Source: an uncultured Thermoleophilia bacterium (GTDB taxonomy: Bacteria > Actinomycetota > Thermoleophilia > UBA2241). From it: DNA of 64,000 nt. The notes beneath the pieces are model-generated. The model worked only from the letters and a program-made list of their open reading frames with translations, was not told where the DNA came from and ran no database searches. Positions 8,888 to 17,722 of this stretch are shown one piece after another. The DNA lies in assembly GCA_963702475.1 (NCBI GenBank), contig CAVPCT010000006.1, positions 1 to 64,000 on the forward strand, given 5' to 3'. Each line of letters opens with the position of its first letter. Position 1 is the first letter of the stretch. A program made the translations under genes and the position numbers.

Positions 8888-9874
8888 CTACGTGTGGGCG
8901 ATCGCGGCCGAGAGGTGGTCGATGCGCTCGACCTCGGCCGCGGTGAGCCGTAGGTCCATCGCCGCGGCCGCCTCGGCGGCTTGCTCCGGTCGCGAGGCCC
9001 CCGGGATGGCGACGACGGCCTCGCCGTAGTAGGTCACGAGCCACGCCAGCGCCACCTGGGCCGGCGTGGCGCCGTGCGCCTCGCCGACGGCGCGCAGCTC
9101 CGCGATGAGCGGCGCCGAGCGCGCCAGGCCCTCCGGCGTGAGGAAGCGGCTGGAGGGGCTCAGGCGCGAGCGGCGCCCGTAGGGCAGGGCTCGCGCCCGC
9201 GCAGGGTCGTCGTGGTAGCGGCCGGTCAGGACGCCCTGGGCGAGCGGCGAGTAGGCGATGAGGGTCACGCGGTGCTCGCGGGCCAGGTCGAGGACGCCGT
9301 TGGTCTCGATGCTGCGCTCGAGCAGGTTGATGCGCACCTGGTTGGAGGCGAGCGGCAGGCCCTCCGCCTGCAGTGCCGCGCCGGCCTGCGCCATGCGCTT
9401 CGCCGAGAAGTTGCTGACGCCGACGGCGCGCACCTTGCCGGCGCGGACCAGGGCGGCCATTTCGCGCATCTGCGCTGCGATCGGCGAGACGCTCCACGGG
9501 ATGTGGACCTGGTACAGGTCGACCGGGTATGGCGACAGGCACGTCCTGCGGGTCTCGATGTTGCCGCGCAGGTCGCGGGCCGGCTTGAGGATCGGCAGCC
9601 ACTTGGTCGCGACCATGACGTCGGCAGGCCCAACGCCCGCGTGGCGGAGAGCGGCGGCGAGGGCGCACTCCGAGGCGCCGTCGCCGTAGGCCTGTGCGGT
9701 ATCGAACCAGGAGATCCCGCCGCGTAGCGCCGCCGAGACGATCGCGTCCATGGTGCCCTGGTCGAGGACCGACCACATCTTGCCGGTCAGGTTCCTGCCT
9801 TGGGAGAACTGCCAGCAGCCGAGGCCGATGGGCGAGATCGTGAGGTCGGTGCGGCCGAGGGGGCGCGTATCCAT
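8888..9874 (-). CDS. Aldo/keto reductase
   Basis: IGLGCW, FDTAQAYG, VATK, DLYQVH, VGVSNF, AYSPLAQG, IPGAS motifs; leaderless TAGGCT-N6-ATG; ends TAG. Confidence 0.92.
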   Translation of the reverse strand: MDTRPLGRTDLTISPIGLGCWQFSQGRNLTGKMWSVLDQGTMDAIVSAALRGGISWFDTAQAYGDGASECALAAALRHAGVGPADVMVATKWLPILKPARDLRGNIETRRTCLSPYPVDLYQVHIPWSVSPIAAQMREMAALVRAGKVRAVGVSNFSAKRMAQAGAALQAEGLPLASNQVRINLLERSIETNGVLDLAREHRVTLIAYSPLAQGVLTGRYHDDPARARALPYGRRSRLSPSSRFLTPEGLARSAPLIAELRAVGEAHGATPAQVALAWLVTYYGEAVVAIPGASRPEQAAEAAAAMDLRLTAAEVERIDHLSAAIAHT

Positions 9875-10394
9875 GGCCCAAGCCTACACCGCGAGCACGG
9901 TATGGCGGACCTGGGTCTTGACCTGCCCTCTGCGAGTCAGCTCGAACGCCTTGCCGGACACCGCATGCTGATGACGCACATGCGTGCGAGGAGCGCTTGA
10001 TCGAGCAGCGACAAGAGCCCATCCCTTGGGTGCGACCAAATGGTGGGCTGCGCGAGCAAGAACGCCCACACTGCCGCCCCTCTACGTATGACGATAGCAG
10101 CCCGCGAGGACGGCGGCCAAGGCAGTCCGCGTATGGAGCAGCGGGCGTAACGGGGGTTCATCGGGCCAAGCACGCCTTGGACGCCGAGACTGAGCACGTG
10201 AGTGTGGATCACGTCGTGCGGACGTGCTTACGGCCGAGGAGTCCCTGGATGCTGGTTCAGCATCTCGGAAGAGGGACCTCCGGACGACACGAGTGGGTCC
10301 AGTGTCGGTCGTGTGCCCTGGAGTCCGAAGGCGACGGAGATGGTCGCCAGGGAGTGGGCTCTGGGGCCGACCGGCGGTGCGGCCGCGACGTGAC

Positions 10395-10429
10395 GAGGCC
10401 GGCGCCGCCGTCAGGCGGGCGCCGGCCTC
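10395..10429 (-). terminator. GC-rich hairpin downstream of flxA (probable terminator)
   Basis: GAGGCCGGCGCC (10395-10406) pairs with GGCGCCGGCCTC (10418-10429); no U-tract. Confidence 0.6.
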
Positions 10430-10455
10430 ACAGGTCGTGCACGTCCTTCGCCGGC

Positions 10456-11286
10456 TCAGAACTCCGGCGGGAGCTCCTTCATCTGCGTCGCCGTGAAGAC
10501 GGGCCCGTCCTTGCAGACGTACACGGGCCCGATGTTGCAGCGCCCGCACTTGCCCAGGCCGCACTTCATGCGGTTCTCGAGTGTGGTGAAGATGGTGTCC
10601 TCAGCGAAGCCGAGCTTCTCCAACACCGGCAACGTGAGCTTGACCACGATGGGCGGGCCGCAGAGCACGGCCACCGCGTTGTCGGCCTTGGGCGCTGTCT
10701 TCTCGACGACCGGCGTGACGTAGCCGACCTCGCCGGTCCAGTCGTCGGTCTGGCCGCCGGGGTCGACGGTAGTGACCATCTTGACATCGGAGCGCGAGGC
10801 CCACTCCTCCAGCTCGCGCTTGTACACCAGGTCGCCGACGCTGCGCGCTCCGTACACGATGGTGACGTCGCCGAACTCGTCGCGACGGTCCAGCACGTTC
10901 CAGATGACGCAGCGCACCGGCGCCAGGCCGATGCCGCCGGCCACGAACACGACGTCCTTGCCCTTCCAGTCGTCGACCGGGAACCAGTTGCCGTACGGTC
11001 CGCGAAAGCTCACGGTGTCGCCCACGTTGGCCTCGTGCAGGGCCGTGGTGACCTTGCCGATGGACTTGAAGCTGCACTCGATGTAGCCCTCGCGCGTGGG
11101 CGAGCTGGCGATGCAGAAGGTGCTCTCTCCGGCGCCGAAGATGCCGTACTCGCCGAACTGGCCCGCCTTGAAAGTGAAGGACGAGCGGAAGGACTCGTCC
11201 TGGAACTCCAGGCGCAGCGTGCGCGTGTCGGAGGTCTCGTCGATCATCTCGACGACGGTGGCGAGCTGGGGCTGATAGATGTTCAC
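10456..11286 (-). CDS. flxA: FAD/NAD-binding flavin oxidoreductase subunit
   Basis: FKAGQF, RGPYGN, AGGIGLAP, LCGPP and MKCGLGKCGRC...CKDGPVF 2Fe-2S motif; GTGA overlap. Confidence 0.88.
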   Translation of the reverse strand: MNIYQPQLATVVEMIDETSDTRTLRLEFQDESFRSSFTFKAGQFGEYGIFGAGESTFCIASSPTREGYIECSFKSIGKVTTALHEANVGDTVSFRGPYGNWFPVDDWKGKDVVFVAGGIGLAPVRCVIWNVLDRRDEFGDVTIVYGARSVGDLVYKRELEEWASRSDVKMVTTVDPGGQTDDWTGEVGYVTPVVEKTAPKADNAVAVLCGPPIVVKLTLPVLEKLGFAEDTIFTTLENRMKCGLGKCGRCNIGPVYVCKDGPVFTATQMKELPPEF

Positions 11287-12416
11287 GAGGCAGCCTCCGC
11301 GACGCGCGGACGGCGGGCCGCGATGTCGATCTCCTGAAGGATCTCCACCAGGTCCTGGCCGGCGTGGCACACGCGCGTGCAGCGCCCGCAACCGGTACAG
11401 AGGACCTCACCGAACTTGAGCGGGTAGATGGAGAACTTGTGGTTGATGCGCTGGCGATAGCGCACGTGCTGGTTGTCGCGCGGGTTGTGGCCGCTGGCGT
11501 GCAGCGTGAACGTCGGCGCCTGGCAGGTGTCCCAGCAGCGCCGCCGGGAGCCGCTGCCCACGCCCTCGACCTCGTCGATGATGTCGAAGCAGTGGCAGGT
11601 GGGGCACACGCCGGTGCAGGCGCCGCAGCCGTTGCAGCGCATGGCGAGCTGTGCGAGCAGCGGGTCCTCGAAGTGCGTCGCGATCCAGTCGCGCACGGAA
11701 CCCGCGTCGATCTCGAGGTTGGCGGCCACCGTGGCCCGCGCGGTCTCGCGCTGTCCGGTGGCCTGAGCGTCCAGCTCCTTGGCCACCTTGTCCGAGAGGC
11801 GCGCCTTGTGGGCCTCGGCCAGGGCGCGCCCCTTCTCGGTGGTCACCTCGAGCAGGAACCCGCCGTCGACCGGCGTGAGCAGGCCGTCGGCGCCCTTGGT
11901 GTCGTCCGGCGCCGCGCCGACGGCGGTGCAGAAGCAGCTGTCGTCGATCACCGGGCAGGCGAGGTTGATGATGGTGGTGGCCTCGCGACGCCCGTTCCAG
12001 AGCTCGTCCTGGTAGTCCCAGTTCATGACCTGGTCCACGACGGCGAGGCCGGCGGCGTCGCAGGGCTTGGCGCCGACGACGACGCGCGGCGCGAACGTGG
12101 TCGCGACCTCGAACACCTCGATGGTCGTGCCGCGCTGCTTCCACGAGCACAGCACCTCGTGCTCGGGCAGGAAGTAGCCCTTGAGCGACAGCTGCGGCAG
12201 GCCGCGGCTCAGGTCGAGCTGGGCCGCTTCGGTCAACGGGGTGTAGTCGATCTCCACGGCCTCCGCGCGGTCCAGCCGGCAGGCCGAGGCGGCGATCGCC
12301 GACGGCGACTGACAGATGTCGGTGGCGACCGGGGCGATGACCTCAGTGCCCGCGGCCAGCAGGTCTCCTGTGAGGCCGCGCAGGTCTTCCGTGCTGATGA
12401 AGTACCTGTCGCTCAT
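11283..12416 (-). CDS. flxB: AsrA-like 4Fe-4S subunit
   Basis: KPCD, CFC, CNGCGACTGVCPTCHCF, RRRCWDTC and CTGCGRCTRVC motifs; operon position. Confidence 0.85.
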   Translation of the reverse strand: MSDRYFISTEDLRGLTGDLLAAGTEVIAPVATDICQSPSAIAASACRLDRAEAVEIDYTPLTEAAQLDLSRGLPQLSLKGYFLPEHEVLCSWKQRGTTIEVFEVATTFAPRVVVGAKPCDAAGLAVVDQVMNWDYQDELWNGRREATTIINLACPVIDDSCFCTAVGAAPDDTKGADGLLTPVDGGFLLEVTTEKGRALAEAHKARLSDKVAKELDAQATGQRETARATVAANLEIDAGSVRDWIATHFEDPLLAQLAMRCNGCGACTGVCPTCHCFDIIDEVEGVGSGSRRRCWDTCQAPTFTLHASGHNPRDNQHVRYRQRINHKFSIYPLKFGEVLCTGCGRCTRVCHAGQDLVEILQEIDIAARRPRVAEAAS

Positions 12417-13336
12417 TTGATGAACTCCTGCTGGTCGTCGAGACGGTAGTCGCCGATGGGCGCCGGTTTCTCCGGGTCCTCGGACACGACGTAGTCGTAG
12501 CGGTCGCGCACGATGTGCTGCAGCTTGCGGTTCACGAGGCTCAGCGGGATGCCGACCGGGCAGAACCGCTCGCACTCGCCGCAGTCGACGCAGCGTCCCG
12601 CGAGGTGCAGGGCCCGGGTGACGTTCCAGCTGAAGTTGCCGCGGGGGTGGGACGAAGGCTCGATCCACTGGGGCTGCGTCTTCTCCACGATGCAGCGCTC
12701 GCAGATGCAGAGCGGGCAGACCTGCCGGCAGGCGTAGCACCTGACGCACTTGCTGAACTGCTCCGTCCAGAACGCCCAGCGCTCCTCGAGCGGCAGCGCG
12801 TCGAGCTGGGCGACGCGGTCGTCGATGGTCATGACGGGCCGCGGTGGCTCGGGCTGGGTCTCACCGACGATATGGTCCACGTTGTTCGGCTCACGGATGT
12901 CGCAGCCAGAGCACCGAGGCGCCACGTTCTCCTCGGTGAGGGCCAGGGCGGCGGGCAACTCGTTCTCCTCGAGCACGCCGCCGCAGCGCACGCCGATCAA
13001 CACGACGTGGCCCGGTTCGATCTGCTTCTCTCGCAGCAGGCCGGCGACCGCCTTGACGTCGCAGCCCTTGACGACGAGACCGATCTTGCCGAGTTCCTGC
13101 ACGTGGTCGCGACGGGGGTTCAGATAGGTGACCAGGTTGTGCACGCAGCGTGTGTCGAAGATGAGCTTGTCGGCCGCGGCCGGGGACGTGATGAACACCG
13201 GGCGCGCCCCCCTGCGGCCGTCCTCCCAACCGACGATGACGCGCACGTCGCCGGCCTCGAGCAGCTCCCGGGCGATGCGGCGCAGCTCGGCCACGCCGGT
13301 GTACTCCGGCGCCTGGACCATGGTGGCTGCGCTCAT
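12413..13336 (-). CDS. flxC: 4Fe-4S subunit of the Flx complex
   Basis: VKGCD, CVRCYACRQVCPLCICERC and HLAGRCVDCGECERFCP motifs; ATGA overlaps. Confidence 0.82.
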   Translation of the reverse strand: MSAATMVQAPEYTGVAELRRIARELLEAGDVRVIVGWEDGRRGARPVFITSPAAADKLIFDTRCVHNLVTYLNPRRDHVQELGKIGLVVKGCDVKAVAGLLREKQIEPGHVVLIGVRCGGVLEENELPAALALTEENVAPRCSGCDIREPNNVDHIVGETQPEPPRPVMTIDDRVAQLDALPLEERWAFWTEQFSKCVRCYACRQVCPLCICERCIVEKTQPQWIEPSSHPRGNFSWNVTRALHLAGRCVDCGECERFCPVGIPLSLVNRKLQHIVRDRYDYVVSEDPEKPAPIGDYRLDDQQEFIK

Positions 13337-13845
13337 CGGGCCTCCCCTCCGCCGCTCGCGACTGGCGCGGCCGCGGCGGCTTCGGCCGGGGCGGCTTCCG
13401 CCGGCCAGCTCTCGACGGCGTCGGGCGCCAGGGCGCGATAGGCGTCGAACGGGCCGAGTCCGCGCACGTTGGCGACGGTCTCGTTCACCACGTCCTTCCA
13501 CTTGGCGCCCTCGCTGGCAGAGACCCAGCTGAAGGTCATGCGGCCCGGGTCGATGCCCATGAACTCCATGAAGTCGTGGAACACGGCGAAGCGCCGGCGG
13601 GCGTGGTAGTTGCCCGAGGTGTAGTGGCAGTCGGCCGGGTGGCAGCCGCTGACGATGACGCCGTCGGCGCCGCGCTCGAACGCTTTGATGATGAAGAGCG
13701 GGTCGATGCGTCCCGTACAGGGGAGGCGGATGAGTCGTACGTTGCTCGCCATGTGCAGGCGGCTGGTGCCGGCCAGGTCGGCGCCGGTGTAGGTGCACCA
13801 GTTGCAGACGAAGGCCGTGATGCGGGGTTCGAAGTCGTCGCTCAT
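13333..13845 (-). CDS. flxD: MvhD-like 2Fe-2S subunit
   Basis: FVCNWCTYTGADLAG, PCTGRID, GCHPADCHY and WVSASEG motifs. Confidence 0.9.
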   Translation of the reverse strand: MSDDFEPRITAFVCNWCTYTGADLAGTSRLHMASNVRLIRLPCTGRIDPLFIIKAFERGADGVIVSGCHPADCHYTSGNYHARRRFAVFHDFMEFMGIDPGRMTFSWVSASEGAKWKDVVNETVANVRGLGPFDAYRALAPDAVESWPAEAAPAEAAAAAPVASGGGEAR

Positions 13846-13853
13846 GTTGGCCG

Positions 13854-15881
13854 TCACTCCCACGCGCAGAGCGCGTTGATCTCGCTGTAGACCTGGTCGT
13901 CGGTGAACGTCTCGAGCTCCACGCTGTTGCTCAGGCACACCGCCTCACAAGTGCCACAGCCCTGGCACACGCCGGGGTTCACGTAGGCCATGTGGCCGCA
14001 GACCTGGCCGTCCACGGTGCAGACCTCGCGCTGCTCGATGGCGCCGTAGGGGCAGACCAGCGCGCAGCGCATGCAGCCGATGCAGGTCTGCTCGTTGACC
14101 ACGGCCACGGCCGGCTCGCGCTCGAGCTCGTCGGCGCTGAAGAGCGCCATCACCTTGGCGCCGGTGGCGCTGGCCATGGCCACAGCGTCGGGGATGTCGC
14201 GCGGCGCCTGGCAGGCGCCGGCCACGAAGACGCCGGCGGTGTTGGTCTCCACGGGCCGCAGCTTGGGGTGCGCCTCGTTGATGAAGCCGGCCGAGTCGAC
14301 GCTCACGCTGAGCTTCTGGGCCAGCTCCTTGACGCCGTCGTTGGGGCGCATGGCCGTGGCCAGCACCACCATGTCGGCGTCGATCACCACCTGCTCGCCG
14401 GCGATGGTGTCGTAGCCCCACACCTTGACCGTGTCGCCGTCGCGGAAGATGCGGCTCACGCGTCCGCGGACGTACTCGGCGCCGTCCTCCTCGATGGCGC
14501 GCCGGCTGAACTCGTCGTAGCCCTTGCCGTTGGCGCGGATGTCCATGTAGAAGGCCACCGCGCGGCCGTCGTGCACCTTGTGCTTGTAGAGCATGGCGTG
14601 CTTGGCGTTGTACATGCAGCAGATCTTGCTGCAGTACGCCATGCCCTTGTCGGGGTCGCGGGAGCCCACGCAGTGGACGAAGACCACCGTCTTGGGCTCC
14701 TTGCCGTCGGACGGCCTGAGGATGGCGCCCGCCGTCGGCCCGCTGGCCGAAGCCAGGCGCTCGAACTGCAGGCCGTCGATGACGTCCGGCACCTCGCCGT
14801 ACCCGTACTCGCCGTAGCCCTTGAGGCCCTCGGGCTGGTCGCGACCGATGTCGTAGAGCTTGTAGCCGGTCGCCACCACGATGGCCCCGACCTGCTCGGT
14901 GACGAACTCGTCCTCGGTGTCGTAGTCGATGGCGCCCTTGAGGCAGGCCTCCTTGCACTTGCCGCAAGCGTCCTTCTTGAGGCCCTTGCGGCGGCCCTTG
15001 AACAGGGTGCAGTTCTCGCGGTCCAGCACCGGCTGGTTGGGCACGGCCTGCGGGAACGGCACGTAGATGGCCGTGCGGTTGCCCAGACCGGCCTCGAACT
15101 CGCTGGGGATCTTCTTGGAGGGGCAGACGCCGAAGCAGTCGCCGCAGCCATTGCAGAGGTCCTGGTCCACGCTGCGCGCCTTCTTGCGCACCGTGACCTC
15201 GAAGTTGCCGATGTAGCCGTCGACCTTCTCGACCTCGCTCCAGGTGTAGAGCTTGATGTTGGGGTGCTGGTAGGCCTCCACCATGCGGGGCGTGAGGATG
15301 CACTGTGAGCAGTCGAGCGTGGGGAAGGTCTCGCTCAGCTGGCTCATGTGGCCGCCGATGGAGGCCTCCTTCTCCACGAGGATGACCTCGTGCCCGCCGT
15401 CGGCGATGTCCAGCGCCGCCTGGATGCCGGCGATGCCGCCGCCGATGACCAGGGCACGTTTGGTGACGGGGATCTTGATGGTCTCGAGCGGCCGGTTGTG
15501 CTTGACCTTCTCGATGATCGTCCGGCCGATGTCGATGGCCTTGGCGGTGGCTTCTCCGCGGTCCTCGTGGATCCAGGAGCAGTGCTCGCGGACGTTGGCC
15601 ATCTCGCACATGAACTTGTTGAGCCCGGCCTGGTCGCAGGCGCGGCGGAAGGTCTTCTCGTGCATGTGCGGCGAGCAGGCGGCCACGACGACCCCGGTGA
15701 GGTGGTTCTCCTCGATGGCCTTCTTGATGAGCTGCTGGCCCGGGTCCGAGCACATGTACTTGTAGTCCTCGGAGTAGGCCACGCCCGGGTGGTCCTTGAG
15801 GGCCTCGGCGACCGCGGCGCAGTCGACGGTGCGGGCGATGTTCTCGCCGCAGTGGCAGACGAAGACGCCGATGCGGCTCAT
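13854..15881 (-). CDS. hdrA: Heterodisulfide reductase subunit A
   Basis: IGVFVCHCG, YMCSDPGQ, REHCSWIH, GGGIAG, TFPTLDCSQC, CVGSRD and YCSKICCMY motifs plus ferredoxin motifs; all Cys, no Sec. Confidence 0.96.
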   Translation of the reverse strand: MSRIGVFVCHCGENIARTVDCAAVAEALKDHPGVAYSEDYKYMCSDPGQQLIKKAIEENHLTGVVVAACSPHMHEKTFRRACDQAGLNKFMCEMANVREHCSWIHEDRGEATAKAIDIGRTIIEKVKHNRPLETIKIPVTKRALVIGGGIAGIQAALDIADGGHEVILVEKEASIGGHMSQLSETFPTLDCSQCILTPRMVEAYQHPNIKLYTWSEVEKVDGYIGNFEVTVRKKARSVDQDLCNGCGDCFGVCPSKKIPSEFEAGLGNRTAIYVPFPQAVPNQPVLDRENCTLFKGRRKGLKKDACGKCKEACLKGAIDYDTEDEFVTEQVGAIVVATGYKLYDIGRDQPEGLKGYGEYGYGEVPDVIDGLQFERLASASGPTAGAILRPSDGKEPKTVVFVHCVGSRDPDKGMAYCSKICCMYNAKHAMLYKHKVHDGRAVAFYMDIRANGKGYDEFSRRAIEEDGAEYVRGRVSRIFRDGDTVKVWGYDTIAGEQVVIDADMVVLATAMRPNDGVKELAQKLSVSVDSAGFINEAHPKLRPVETNTAGVFVAGACQAPRDIPDAVAMASATGAKVMALFSADELEREPAVAVVNEQTCIGCMRCALVCPYGAIEQREVCTVDGQVCGHMAYVNPGVCQGCGTCEAVCLSNSVELETFTDDQVYSEINALCAWE

Positions 15882-16951
15882 GCGTCACCTCCTGCGTCGG
15901 TGGTAGGTCCGGAGCCGGCGTCGGCGGCCACGGCGGCCGGCTCGGCCTCCTTGGCGGCCGCGGCGGCCTTCTGCTTCTCCGCGCGAGCCGCCGCCTTCGC
16001 CGCGGCCTCTTCCTTGAGCCGCTTCTCCTCGACGGCGCGCGCCTCGGCGCGCCGGAGCAGGGCGGCCAGGAACGGCTCGGTGTCCACGAAGTGGCGGGCC
16101 AGGCCCAGGTCCACCGGCGAGAGGCCGAGCGCCAGGCCAACTACCTGGGTCACGAACAGGATGGGCATGGGCTCGGCCCCGCGCTCGGCCATGGCGGCCT
16201 GGCGCAGGTCGAGGTTGGAGTGGCACAGCGGGCAGGCCACCACGATGGCCTCGGCGCCGTGCAGGCGGGCGTTCTCGATGATGGCGCGGCCCAGCCGCAG
16301 CACGGAGCCGGTGCGACTGATGCTGAATCCACCGCCGCAGCACTCGACCTTGTAGTCCCACTCCACGGCCTCGGCGCCGCAGGCGGCCACGATCTCGTCC
16401 ATCGACATGGGCTGCTCGGGGTCGTCGTAGCCGCAGACCTCCGCGGGGCGCACGAGCAGGCAGCCGTAGTAGCTGGCCAGCTTGACGTCCTTGATGGGGT
16501 TGGGGGGCGAGAGCTCGGCGGCGACGCCCTGCTCGATGTCGGGGATGAAGGACTTCAGCATCGTGAGGGCGTTGTGCACCTCGACGGTGTTCTTGAACGA
16601 GCGCCCGAGGATGTCGGGCATCTGTTCAGCCAGGCCCTCTTCTTCGGCCACGGCGAGGCGCGCCGCCGCCAGTCGGTTGTAGCAGGCGGCGCAGGGGGCG
16701 ATGACGTCGGCGAACCCCTGCGACTCGGCCATGGCCAGGTTACGGGCCGGCAGCGCGACGCCCAGAAGGTGATCTGTGGTGTGGCCGCTGCTGGCGCCGC
16801 AGCAGTTCCAGTCGGTGACCTCGGTGAGGCCCACGCCGAGCTCGGCGGCCACGGCGCGCAGGCTCTCGTCGAACTCCCGCGAGGTGCCGTGCAGCGAGCA
16901 GCCGGGGTAGTAGGCGTAGTCGGTGAGGCGTTCGGTCGCGACGGCGCTCAT
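15878..16951 (-). CDS. hdrB: Heterodisulfide reductase subunit B
   Basis: YYPGCSL, WNCCG, PCAACY, YYGC, ECCG and ACPLC (two CCG domains); Ala/Lys/Glu-rich tail. Confidence 0.94.
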   Translation of the reverse strand: MSAVATERLTDYAYYPGCSLHGTSREFDESLRAVAAELGVGLTEVTDWNCCGASSGHTTDHLLGVALPARNLAMAESQGFADVIAPCAACYNRLAAARLAVAEEEGLAEQMPDILGRSFKNTVEVHNALTMLKSFIPDIEQGVAAELSPPNPIKDVKLASYYGCLLVRPAEVCGYDDPEQPMSMDEIVAACGAEAVEWDYKVECCGGGFSISRTGSVLRLGRAIIENARLHGAEAIVVACPLCHSNLDLRQAAMAERGAEPMPILFVTQVVGLALGLSPVDLGLARHFVDTEPFLAALLRRAEARAVEEKRLKEEAAAKAAARAEKQKAAAAAKEAEPAAVAADAGSGPTTDAGGDA

Positions 16952-17487
16952 GGCGTCACCCCGCACTTCTGGAAGATACGCTGGATCTCGGCGACGCCCT
17001 CGATGCGATCGGGACGCACACCGAGCTTGCCGCGCAGGAACATGGCGGGCGCGTTGGTGACGTCTTTCATGAGCTCACCGCTGCGCAGCTTGTACTGCAT
17101 GACCATGCCGACCTCGTGCAGCCGCCCGTTGGTGCGGATCTGATCGAGGAAAGCCTTGTGGAACGCCGCGATGGAGCGGGGCATGTCGGCGGCGCCGGCC
17201 TCGATGCTGATCTCGCGAAGCTGGTCGATGACGCGCGCCGGATCACAGGCGTTGGGGCAGCGCGCCGAGCAGGTCTCGCAGGTGAGACACAGCCAGATGG
17301 ATTGGTCGTGGAGGGCCTGCTCGCGCCTGTCCTGCATGACCAGGCGCATGACGTTGTGCGGCCGCAGGTCCGACTCGGACGCCATGGGGCATCCGGCCGA
17401 ACACTTGCCGCACTGGTAGCAGGTCGCCGCGTTGACGCCTGTGGCCTCGCGGATCTCCGATACTAGGGTGCGGTGAGATGCGCTCAT
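16948..17487 (-). CDS. hdrC: Heterodisulfide reductase subunit C
   Basis: CYQCGKCSAGCP and IWLCLTCETCSARCP motifs. Confidence 0.94.
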   Translation of the reverse strand: MSASHRTLVSEIREATGVNAATCYQCGKCSAGCPMASESDLRPHNVMRLVMQDRREQALHDQSIWLCLTCETCSARCPNACDPARVIDQLREISIEAGAADMPRSIAAFHKAFLDQIRTNGRLHEVGMVMQYKLRSGELMKDVTNAPAMFLRGKLGVRPDRIEGVAEIQRIFQKCGVTP

Positions 17488-17595
17488 GCTGGTGACGTAC
17501 CTGCCCTTCTGCGCAAAGGGGCGGCCGGAGGCCGCCGCGTGAACAGTGTGGCTCGGGATCGTCCGCGCGTGCGTGCGTATCGGATAACCCGGAGC

Positions 17596-17641
17596 TTGTG
17601 CGTCAGTGCACAGTGTACGGGATGGAAGCTAAAGCGGGCAA
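17596..17641 (-). promoter_or_regulatory. hdr-flx promoter with overlapping Rex-like operator
   Basis: TTGTG-N8-CACAG at 17596-17613 (Rex consensus TTGTG-N8-CACAA); minus strand TTGCCC-N18-TACACT at 17641-17612. Confidence 0.6.
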
Positions 17642-17722
17642 GCTTGGTCTTCATTCTGGGCAATCAGGGTCTCCATAGCCTGAAACGCGTGGCGCGAGGC
17701 TGTGGCGAGGTGAGCGCGGCGC

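Noticed and set aside
13333-15881. Selenocysteine in HdrA/MvhD
   Set aside because: All relevant positions are Cys codons and the frames are uninterrupted.
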